NCBI GenBank assembly: GCA_030754995.1
Contig: JASLZG010000003.1
Span: 1-43,884 of the forward strand
Length of the DNA: 43,884 bases
DNA from: Lentisphaeria bacterium
Lineage (GTDB): Bacteria; Verrucomicrobiota; Lentisphaeria; JABSQK01; CAJWLW01
Reading direction: 5' to 3'
Position numbers and translations under genes: made by a program. This document shows positions 26,225 to 34,600 of this stretch, in pieces (the stretch's first letter is position 1; every line of letters starts with the position of its first letter). The notes below the pieces were generated by a model. That model saw only the letters and a program-made list of their open reading frames with translations, searched no databases and was not told where the DNA came from.

Positions 26225-27643
26225 ATGAAAATGTATGTCGCCGGTGAATGGGTCGGTGCGGACGAGACCACCGCGATCACCTCGCCATTCGATGGCACCG
26301 TGGTCGACGAAGTCCCGGCCGCCGACGCCGCCCAGATCGAAACCGCCCTCGCCGCCGCCGTCGAAGGTGCCCGCCAGATGCAGGCATTGACAGCGTGTGA
26401 GCGCCAGGGGATCCTCAATCGCGCCGCCGAGCTCATTGCCGGGCAGGCGGAAGACCTTGCCGTGACCATGAGCCGTGAAATGGGCAAGCCCATCAAGGAG
26501 GCCCGCGGCGAGGTCGGACGAATGCCCGACCTGCTGCGCTTGTGCGGCTTCGAGGGCGCCCAGCTGCGCGGCGAGACACTGCCGATCGATGCCCAGGCCG
26601 GTGCGGCCGGCAAGTTCGGGTTCACGCTGCGCGTGCCGTGCGGCGTTGTCCTCGCCATCACGCCGTTCAATTACCCCGTCCTGCTGGTCCTGCACAAGCT
26701 GGGACCCGCCCTGGCCGCCGGCAATGCGGTCATCCTGAAACCGGCCGGCTACACGGCCCTGACCGGCCTGAAATTGACCGAGCTGCTGGTGCAGGCAGGC
26801 CTGCCGCCGCTGGCGCTGCAGTGCGTCACCGGCCCGGGCAGCGCCGTCGGCACTCAACTGTGTGCCGACGAGCGGGTGCGCAAGATCAGTTTCACCGGCA
26901 GCGCCCCGGTCGGCGAACAGATCACCAGGGTCGCCGGCGTCAAGAAGCTGTCGCTCGAGCTGGGCTCGAATGCGCCGATGATCGTCATGCGCGATGCCGA
27001 CCTCGACCAGGTCGCCAAGGCCACCGCGGTCGGCGGCTTCGTCAACGCCGGGCAGGTGTGCATTTCGACCCAGCGCGTCCTGGTCGACCGCGGCGTGTAC
27101 GGCGACTTTCTCGACGCAACCAAAGCGGAAGTCGAGGGCATCGTCAGCGGTGATCCACTGGACGAAAACACCGGGCTCGGCCCGCTGGTCCAGGAGACCG
27201 AGGCAGTGCGGGTCGACGAATGGGTCCGGGAAGCGGTCACCGGCGGCGCCCGCCTGGTCACCGGCGGCGACCGCGACGGGGCGCGCTACGCCCCGACGAT
27301 CCTGGCCGACGTCGATCCCGGCATGCGGGTATCCTGTGAGGAACTGTTCGGACCGGCAATCGCGGTGACGCCGGTGGACGACATCGACCGGGCAATCAGC
27401 TTGGCGAACGACAGCAAGTTCGGGCTCGGCACCGGCATTTTCACGCGCGACATCAACGACGCCATGCGCTACGCCCGCGAAGCGGAGTGCGGCAACGTGA
27501 TGATCAACTGGACCCCACTGTGGCGGGCCGATTTCCAACCGTACGGCGGCTTCAAGCAAAGCGGCATCGGCAAGGAAGGCCCGCGCTATGCCATCGATGA
27601 AATGACCGAGATCAAGACCGTCGTCGTGCACGGACTCGATTGA
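26225..27643 (+). CDS. NAD(P)-dependent aldehyde dehydrogenase
   Basis: 472 aa, with GAGAGGAA upstream. FNYP, KISFTGS, LELGSNAP (glutamate box), GQVCIS (catalytic Cys) and EELFGP are the canonical ALDH motifs in the correct order. Confidence 0.9.
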   Translation: MKMYVAGEWVGADETTAITSPFDGTVVDEVPAADAAQIETALAAAVEGARQMQALTACERQGILNRAAELIAGQAEDLAVTMSREMGKPIKEARGEVGRMPDLLRLCGFEGAQLRGETLPIDAQAGAAGKFGFTLRVPCGVVLAITPFNYPVLLVLHKLGPALAAGNAVILKPAGYTALTGLKLTELLVQAGLPPLALQCVTGPGSAVGTQLCADERVRKISFTGSAPVGEQITRVAGVKKLSLELGSNAPMIVMRDADLDQVAKATAVGGFVNAGQVCISTQRVLVDRGVYGDFLDATKAEVEGIVSGDPLDENTGLGPLVQETEAVRVDEWVREAVTGGARLVTGGDRDGARYAPTILADVDPGMRVSCEELFGPAIAVTPVDDIDRAISLANDSKFGLGTGIFTRDINDAMRYAREAECGNVMINWTPLWRADFQPYGGFKQSGIGKEGPRYAIDEMTEIKTVVVHGLD

Positions 27644-27678
27644 CGTGGATCAGGCAGAACGGTTCCCGGCAACCGCCA

Positions 27679-29877
27679 CTACTTTGAGAATTCTATGGTG
27701 AATTCCGGCACGGTGCCGTCTTCCACATCCATGCCGACCCCGAAGTTCCGGTGCCCGTAGTTCTCGCTGCCCACCGCCGGGTCCTGCCAGGTATGTTGGT
27801 CACGGCAGATTGACGACGGCGGCCGCTCGTCGCGGTCACGGGCATGGTCCAGGTATTGGTCGGCGCCGCCGATGTCCAGCAGCAGTCCGAACGAATTGGC
27901 GTGGAAGTCGTACGGACCGTAGCGGTATCCGCGTTTGCGGTACTCGTCACGGAACGGCGCGACGCCGCGGCCGCCGGCGCCGGCCGGGTACAGGTATGTG
28001 TCGTCGCCGCCGATATCGACGAGCAAGGCGTTCGAGCGGATATCGGCTCGCGCCATGCTGTTGCCCCACGCCGAGTAGACGTCGTTGCCACCCTTGTTGA
28101 GCAGCAGTGCGACGGTGAAATCCCAGCCGAACCCCAATCCCGCGCCGCCGGTCTCGAACAGCTCGTGGCGATCATTGCCGCCCTCGTCGATCAGCACGCC
28201 GATGCAGAAATGCGCCCCGCTGCCCTGCGTGAAGTACACACTCTTATAGTGATCGTCGCCCGCCCCGTCGAACAGCAGCCCCGTACCGTACCAGTATCCG
28301 AGTCCGACCGAGAAGTTCCCCGCCAGGTAGCTGTCGTCGCCGCTCAAGTCGATCATCGTGCCGAGGCCGCCGGCCCAGTTGTGGCCGTCGGCGCCGTCGC
28401 CGCGCCGGCCCGCGCCGACGCCCTGCGCCTGGCTGATGGCGATCTTGCCGCCGGAATGATAATCGGCGCGGCCGGCCTTTTCAGCGTAGACCTCGGCCTC
28501 GTACTGGTCGTTGCCCGAGTGGTTCGCCAACACACCGACGCCGCCCGGCCCGCCGTACCCCTGGCCGTCACCGAAGAAGTAGAAGCGATCATTGCCGCTG
28601 CCGTCCAGATGATAACCGAGGCCGAAATAGCCGGCGCCCTGCCCGGCCAGCGTCATCGTGTAGCTGTCGTCACCGTCGCGGTCGAACAACAGGCCGAGCC
28701 CGAAGAGGCCGGCACCCTGGGCATGGGAACCTGCCGTGTAGGTGTCGTTGCCGCCGTTGTCGATCAGGACACCGGCGCCGAGGATGCCGGCGCCCTGGGC
28801 CGGCACCTCCTCCGATACGTAGTCGTAGACATCGTTGCCGGCGCAGTCCAGCGCGATGCTGATCGGCAGCGACAGTGACGAGGTGGCGCCGACCGGACCG
28901 GTATAGCGATCGTCGCCGCCCAGGTCAACGAGCACGATGGCGTCGTCATGGGCATGCGTATCGGCGCCGGGTCCGGCCAGGACAACCCGGCCGATCGGCG
29001 TCACGAAGTCGAAGCTGGCCGCCGCCAGGTCAAGGTCGGTCTCCAGCACCGCGGCAAAGGCGTGGCGGGCGTCATCGGCCGCCTGCACCGCTTTCATGCC
29101 GGCGTAATACAGCGACGGCTCGTCGAGGTCCTTCGCCAGGTCGTCGATCGCGAAATGATAGACCCGGCTGCCCGAGTGGGTTTGGGGCAGGTCGCGGATG
29201 TGGAAGACTTCATTGAGATCCTGCGGATCGACATTGCGCATCGCCCGCTGCCGCCATTGCCAGGCGTCCAGCGCGTTGAGCACCAGCGCCGCCAGCGGTT
29301 GGCGGATCGCGGGGTCGAGTTTCGCGGCCTGGTCCCGCAGCTCCTGCCGCGCGTTCCTGTCCCAGCCGCGCCATTTCTCGCCGGGGCTCAGGCCGAAAGT
29401 CTTCACCGTCAGCTGGCCGCCGGTGACGGCATAGATCCGGTCAATGGCATCGACCAGCGGGGTCTCCTCATCGGGCTGCGGATCGAGGTTGGCACTGTAC
29501 GAGCGGAAGCCGGTGATCTTGCGATCGACGCCGAGGAAATAAACGAGCTGGTACAGGGCATTCGGCTTCTCCAGCCCCGCGGGACTCAGGTACGCATCGA
29601 CCGCCATGGCCATGAGGCTGGTGAACTCGTAGCTCGCCAGCGGCTCGGCGAAGAGATCGTTGAAGAACGGCAGAAGATACGGCATCTGGTCGGGGTTGGG
29701 ATACCGTGACCAGTAGCCCTTCGGCCGATAGCCCAGGTCGTCCCGTGAAAAGCCGACCAGCTCCAGCGCCGCTCCCAGGCGATCCTCCTCCCGCACCGGT
29801 TCCTTCGCCGGTGCCGCGGCGGTCGTGACCAGTGAAAACGACGTCAGCAGAGCAAGCAGACGAAACCTGTACCGCAT
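27679..29877 (-). CDS. Secreted repeat protein: unknown N-terminal domain plus 12 Gly-rich GxDxY repeats (predicted beta-solenoid), 732 aa
   Basis: From ATG (complement of 29875-29877) the protein begins MRYRFRLLALLTSFSLVTTAAAPA, a signal peptide. The longer track ORF would overlap the cupin gene. Repeats lie at residues 320-675 (nt 27850-28935). Confidence 0.75.
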   Translation of the reverse strand: MRYRFRLLALLTSFSLVTTAAAPAKEPVREEDRLGAALELVGFSRDDLGYRPKGYWSRYPNPDQMPYLLPFFNDLFAEPLASYEFTSLMAMAVDAYLSPAGLEKPNALYQLVYFLGVDRKITGFRSYSANLDPQPDEETPLVDAIDRIYAVTGGQLTVKTFGLSPGEKWRGWDRNARQELRDQAAKLDPAIRQPLAALVLNALDAWQWRQRAMRNVDPQDLNEVFHIRDLPQTHSGSRVYHFAIDDLAKDLDEPSLYYAGMKAVQAADDARHAFAAVLETDLDLAAASFDFVTPIGRVVLAGPGADTHAHDDAIVLVDLGGDDRYTGPVGATSSLSLPISIALDCAGNDVYDYVSEEVPAQGAGILGAGVLIDNGGNDTYTAGSHAQGAGLFGLGLLFDRDGDDSYTMTLAGQGAGYFGLGYHLDGSGNDRFYFFGDGQGYGGPGGVGVLANHSGNDQYEAEVYAEKAGRADYHSGGKIAISQAQGVGAGRRGDGADGHNWAGGLGTMIDLSGDDSYLAGNFSVGLGYWYGTGLLFDGAGDDHYKSVYFTQGSGAHFCIGVLIDEGGNDRHELFETGGAGLGFGWDFTVALLLNKGGNDVYSAWGNSMARADIRSNALLVDIGGDDTYLYPAGAGGRGVAPFRDEYRKRGYRYGPYDFHANSFGLLLDIGGADQYLDHARDRDERPPSSICRDQHTWQDPAVGSENYGHRNFGVGMDVEDGTVPEFTIEFSK

Positions 29878-29939
29878 GGCGAATTCCCCGCTTTGATTAT
29901 CGGCCTGATGGGGTTCTGCAAGGAAGGCCCGGCCGCCGC

Positions 29940-30302
29940 CTACAGCTGCAGCGGCTCCGGGGTTCTCAGGACGAACGTCTTCCTGATGTACTCCGGAACG
30001 TGCCATTTTGTCTTCGTGCCGATCCGCATGTGCCCGACGTCGCCGGCCCGCAAGGTGACGGTCTCGCCACCGGCTTCCTCGATCGTTGCCTCGCCTTCGA
30101 GGATCATGACAAACTCGTCCCAGGTATAGTCCCAGGTGAAGTCGCCCGCGGTGCAGTCCCAGACGCCCTGTGTCACCTTGAGATCCTCCGTCTGGGCCGA
30201 GATCCAGATCTTCGCAACCGGGTCGCCGGCGATGATCTGCTCGGGGGCAATCGGGAAATCGGTCAACTCGACGGACGCAGCTTGGTGAGTGATCATGGAC
30301 AT
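29940..30302 (-). CDS. Cupin_3 (DUF861-type) small cupin protein
   Basis: 120 aa with a strong AAAGGAGG 6 nt upstream. GVWDCTAGDFTWDYTWDEFVMILEGEATIE...GETVTLRAGDV matches the single-domain cupin_3 pattern. It ends 62 nt before the start of the repeat-protein gene on the same strand. Confidence 0.75.
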   Translation of the reverse strand: MSMITHQAASVELTDFPIAPEQIIAGDPVAKIWISAQTEDLKVTQGVWDCTAGDFTWDYTWDEFVMILEGEATIEEAGGETVTLRAGDVGHMRIGTKTKWHVPEYIRKTFVLRTPEPLQL

Positions 30303-30436
30303 GGTGGGCCTCCTTTGGTTTTGGACTCATAACATAGGCACGCTTGGGGCAGGGCGCCAGACGATTCCTCATCATCTCTCAATTAACCTGTCCCGCGCCG
30401 TCTGGGGCGCTATACTATCGGTGCATAGGAAACCTC

Positions 30437-31564
30437 ATGGACCAGAAAAATTCCACAAACCAGGTTCACGCCCAGGCGACCGACGGCGATTACCCGGCAA
30501 AAACATTCACCACCGAAGAGTTGACCGCCTTCGGCGTCGCCTTGTTGACCTCTGCCGGCACCGGTGCAGAAGAAGCGCAGGCGGTCACCGACGAGCTGGT
30601 TGCGGCCGACGCGGCCGGGCACCCGAGCCACGGCATCATGCGGCTCATTCAGTACGTGAAATTCGTTGAAATCGACTTGATCAAACCAGGCGCCCGCCTG
30701 AAAATCGTCAGTGAGTCGGCCGGCGTCGACGTGTTCGACGGCCAGTTCGGGTTCGGTCAGTTCCTGATGCGTGAATTCCTGGAGATCGCTTATCCCAAAG
30801 CGCGCCAGCATGGCAGCTACACCGCCTTCGCCCGCCACTTCAATCACATCGGCCGGCTCGGTTCCTATGCCGAGGCGGCGGCACGCAACGGCTTCCTCGC
30901 CATGATGATGGTCAACGTCAACGGCGCCTCCCGCGTTGCACCGTACGGCACCGCCGAGCCGCGGCTCGGGACAAACCCGATCTGCATCGCCATGCCCAAC
31001 GGTGACGACTGGCCAGTCATGGTCGATACCGCGACTTGCGTGACCGCGGAAGGCAAGGTACGCATCGCGATGCAAAACGGCATGCCGCTGCCGGACGGCC
31101 AGATCATCGACAAGGACGGCAATCCAACCAACGACCCCGCCAAGTTCTATACGGACCCGAGCGGCGCGATCCTGCCGGTCGGCGGGCCGGTCGGCTACAA
31201 GGGCTCCGGCCTGGCGATCATGGTGGAGATGATGTGCGGCATCCTCTCGGGCGCCGGCTTCGGCCGGCCCGACGTCGCGGTCGGCACCAATGCCGTCTGG
31301 CTCAACCTGGTCGATCTCGGACAAGTCATCGACACCGAACATTACGAGGCGGAGACAAAACGTTTCATCGACTACATCAAGCAGTCACGGCCGATGCCCG
31401 GCGTCGACGAGGTCATGCTCCCCGGGGAAGTCGAACACCGCCGTGCGGAGTCCGCAAGAATCAACGGCATCCAGGTGCTCGGCGGTACCTGGCACCAGCT
31501 CTCAACGCTGGCGGCGGAACTCGGCGTGAAGACACCGGCCGGGATTGCGGGGTCACCGGAGTGA
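30437..31564 (+). CDS. Ldh_2 family oxidoreductase (malate/L-lactate/ureidoglycolate dehydrogenase type 2)
   Basis: From ATG 30437. AAGHPSHGIMRLIQYV (HGxxR motif), GTNPICIAMP, DTATCVTAEGKV and PVGGPVGYKGSGLAIMVEMMCGILSG match the Ldh_2 family. Confidence 0.8.
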   Translation: MDQKNSTNQVHAQATDGDYPAKTFTTEELTAFGVALLTSAGTGAEEAQAVTDELVAADAAGHPSHGIMRLIQYVKFVEIDLIKPGARLKIVSESAGVDVFDGQFGFGQFLMREFLEIAYPKARQHGSYTAFARHFNHIGRLGSYAEAAARNGFLAMMMVNVNGASRVAPYGTAEPRLGTNPICIAMPNGDDWPVMVDTATCVTAEGKVRIAMQNGMPLPDGQIIDKDGNPTNDPAKFYTDPSGAILPVGGPVGYKGSGLAIMVEMMCGILSGAGFGRPDVAVGTNAVWLNLVDLGQVIDTEHYEAETKRFIDYIKQSRPMPGVDEVMLPGEVEHRRAESARINGIQVLGGTWHQLSTLAAELGVKTPAGIAGSPE

Positions 31565-31660
31565 TTGGCGTGCGAATCGCCTTGATTTCTTTTCCACGTC
31601 CAACTGACAGCAACGGAACTCCTTGACCGTCCCACCCAACGGCACGGCACCGATGATTAC

Positions 31661-34600
31661 ATGAAAGATGAAAGGCGCAATGAACTGACTCGATTATTGC
31701 TGCAGCATCTCCGGTCCGGGACGGTAAATCTCGCTGATGTGCGGCCCGTTCTCGAGGAACTGCTGCCTGGCGCGCCGCCGCCGCTGGCCGAGCTGCACGA
31801 GCTCCTGGACGACGACCCGTCACCGGCGATTCGTCAGTTGCGGCAGGCCATCTTCCAACAGATGCTGGCCGGCGCGCGGCAGTGCCATGAACGCACGGTC
31901 GCCGGCGACCCCGCCGATGCGACGCCGCAGCAACTGGGGCTGCCGGCCAATGTGCACCTCGGCTGGCGTAATGAAAAAGAAGTTCTGCCAGTCGTGCACG
32001 CCGTCACCAATTGCCTGCGTGACACGCTGTTCCTCGACAGCCGGGACGGGTTGCACGAACTCCAGATCAGGATAGACGGTTACTTTCAAGATTCGTTGCA
32101 ATCGTATTTCAGGTTGCCCTCGCGCTGGCATGGTTTCGAGCCCGCCGCCGTCGCCGGCGAATTTGAGCAGCCGGTCGCGGCCCTCGCGGCGCAACGTCGC
32201 CAGGCGGCGCTCACCAGGGTCACGCAGGCCGTCGACGCATTGCCGGCGCCAGTGCCCGTGGACGTTGACGAACAGTTGTTGATGACCGAGCTCAAGAGCC
32301 GATTCACGGCAGCCACGACGCGGGCGGAACAACGGGAGCTCCTGGACGTTGCCCTGTGCTGGCCGGGTGACATCGCGGCCGGTGTGATTCGCGACTTGTG
32401 CCTTGAGGAATGGGCCCAATGCCGCGCCGTGCTGATGCTGGCAATGCGCTTCGGCCGGGCGGAGATCGACCACTGGACGGCGGCCGTGCGGTGGCTGGAT
32501 GAGCAAATCGCGGTACGCAACAACCGGCTGCAGTCCCGGCGCTTGAAGTACGATGAGGCGGCGCCGTACCTGCTGTTCCTCTGGTCCATTGACGAGGACG
32601 ATCAGGAAAGTGAACTGTCACTGGCACTGCATGACGAGCTGAAGCAGCGAGCCGCAGCGTATGATGTCGGCAAGTTCGTCGCCGTGTGGCACGATTACAT
32701 GAGCCCGGCCGAACTCAATCTACTGACCGGCCGACGGCCCGGCGAGATGACAGCCGCAGTGGATGCCGGCCAGGCCGGCGTTGCCGACGTTGCCGACGAC
32801 AACGAACAGCGGCCGCCCGATGGTGCCGACGCACCGGCCTTTTGGGCGGAGCATATCCGGCCGCTGCTCCATGAAAACTGGTACATGGTCGTTGGCCTGG
32901 TGATGGTGATCTTCGGAGCATCGTTACTCGCCTACTTCACGTGGGACAAGCACTGGCTGATGCGCTACACGATCATGCCGGCACTGTTGGCCGGGTTGAC
33001 GATCGGCTTTGCCGAATCCGGCGGCTGGCTGCAACGACGATTCGCCGAGCTGCGCGGTACGGCGATCATGATTCGCGCTGCCGCGATCGGCTTATTGCCG
33101 GTCAACTTCATGGCGGTGGCGCTGCTGAGCAACGACAGCCAGGTCGCGACGCATGCAAGATGGGCGCTGCCGGTCATGATGCTGGTGTACATGACGGTGT
33201 TCGGCTGGGGACTGATCCGTTGGTGCAGGGCGGTGCATCAACCTTCAGCCGGGCGGCTGTACCCGGCGCTGCTGGCACTCAATGTGATTGTGCCGGCAGG
33301 CGCCTCAAGCCGTTTTTTCCACGTCGCCGAAGGCACCGTCGTCATTCTCCTGGGCGTGCTGCTATACCTCGGCTTCATCGTCCTGGCCGGGACGATCCGG
33401 TCATTCGCGCAAAAGCAACTGACCCGCGAGATGATCATTGGCCGGCTGATCCCCTGGTTTGTCGGTGGAGTCCTGGTGCTGACCTATGTCGAGGTGTTCG
33501 CCTGGGTGCATTGGGTCCTGCACCTGGTTCCACAGGCCAGCCACTATGCCGTGCTGGCGGTGCTCGCCGGTGGCCTGATCATGCTGGTCGAGCGCCAGTA
33601 TCACCGCAAGCTCAATAGCGATGTTCCGTACCTGCCGGAATCCTTCATCGGATATGCGGCGATCATTGTCGGTATCCTGATGGGCCTCGGCGATCAATAC
33701 GTCCGTATCGCCGTGCTGGTGCTGGCAGGGGCCCTGTGGTTGTACCAGGCGACCCTGCGCAAGGGCGAAGTTCATCACTGGGTGGGGCTGACAATCCTGG
33801 CGATGGGCTGGGCCGCGATCGGCACCCTGGACGCCTTCCCCCGCCGCATGGAACTGAACCTGCTGCCCGTCCTCGGCCTTTGCATCGCCCTGGGAATCGG
33901 GGCGGTTCGCGCGCTGGCAAGGCGTTTCGGCAATGACGAATTGAGCGCTGCAGCGACGGAATTCCAACCCGCAATCCTGTTCTTGACGGCGATTGTGAGC
34001 ATGCTGTCACAGTGGCATTATCGGTCGGCACCGTTGGCAACCGGGCTGACGCTGATCGTGATCGCCGCCTTTTTCGCCTGGCGCGCCTACCGGGCCCGGC
34101 GCTTGGGTTGGGTGCATTCGACCATGGCGCTCCTCGCGCTGGCGCTGCCGTACCTGGGTTGTGTCGACATGGCGGGGCGCAGTCTGCATGGGAACACGCT
34201 GGTGTTCGGGCTGGCCGTGCTCGGCTTCCTATGGCTCGCCATAGGGCATTGGGTACAGTCCGACTTGCTGCGCCGGGCCCGTTCCACGGTGCTGTTCGCG
34301 TACGGTGCAGTCGCGGTGGCGGCGATGGTGGTTCGCGTCGTGATGGAACGCGGCCGTTTCGGTGAGACCGACGCAGTGTGGCTGGCACTCGACCTGTGCG
34401 GGCCCGTCCTGATGACCGTCGTCCTGGCATTTGCCGCCTACCATTCCCGCTCGCTGATCCCCGGGTTCATGGCGGCAGTGATTCTGGCGGTGCTGTTTCC
34501 CGAGTTGAAGCAGGGGCTGGAGGAACGTTCGCCAATCTATGGATGGGGCTCCGGACTGGCCAGTGCGATCTCCGCACTGGCGCTGTGCCTGGTTGCTTTT

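Noticed and set aside
26066-27631. 521-aa minus-strand ORF covering the whole ALDH gene
   Set aside because: The plus frame carries every canonical ALDH motif in order. The antisense translation is low-complexity (runs of A/G/R/D), so it is a GC-driven shadow ORF.
27850-28935. Periodic repeats that might suggest a CRISPR array or tandem DNA repeat
   Set aside because: The periodicity is at the protein level (GxDxY roughly every 27 residues) with degenerate nucleotide sequence. It lies inside a long ORF, and there are no identical repeats separated by unique spacers. No cas genes are present.
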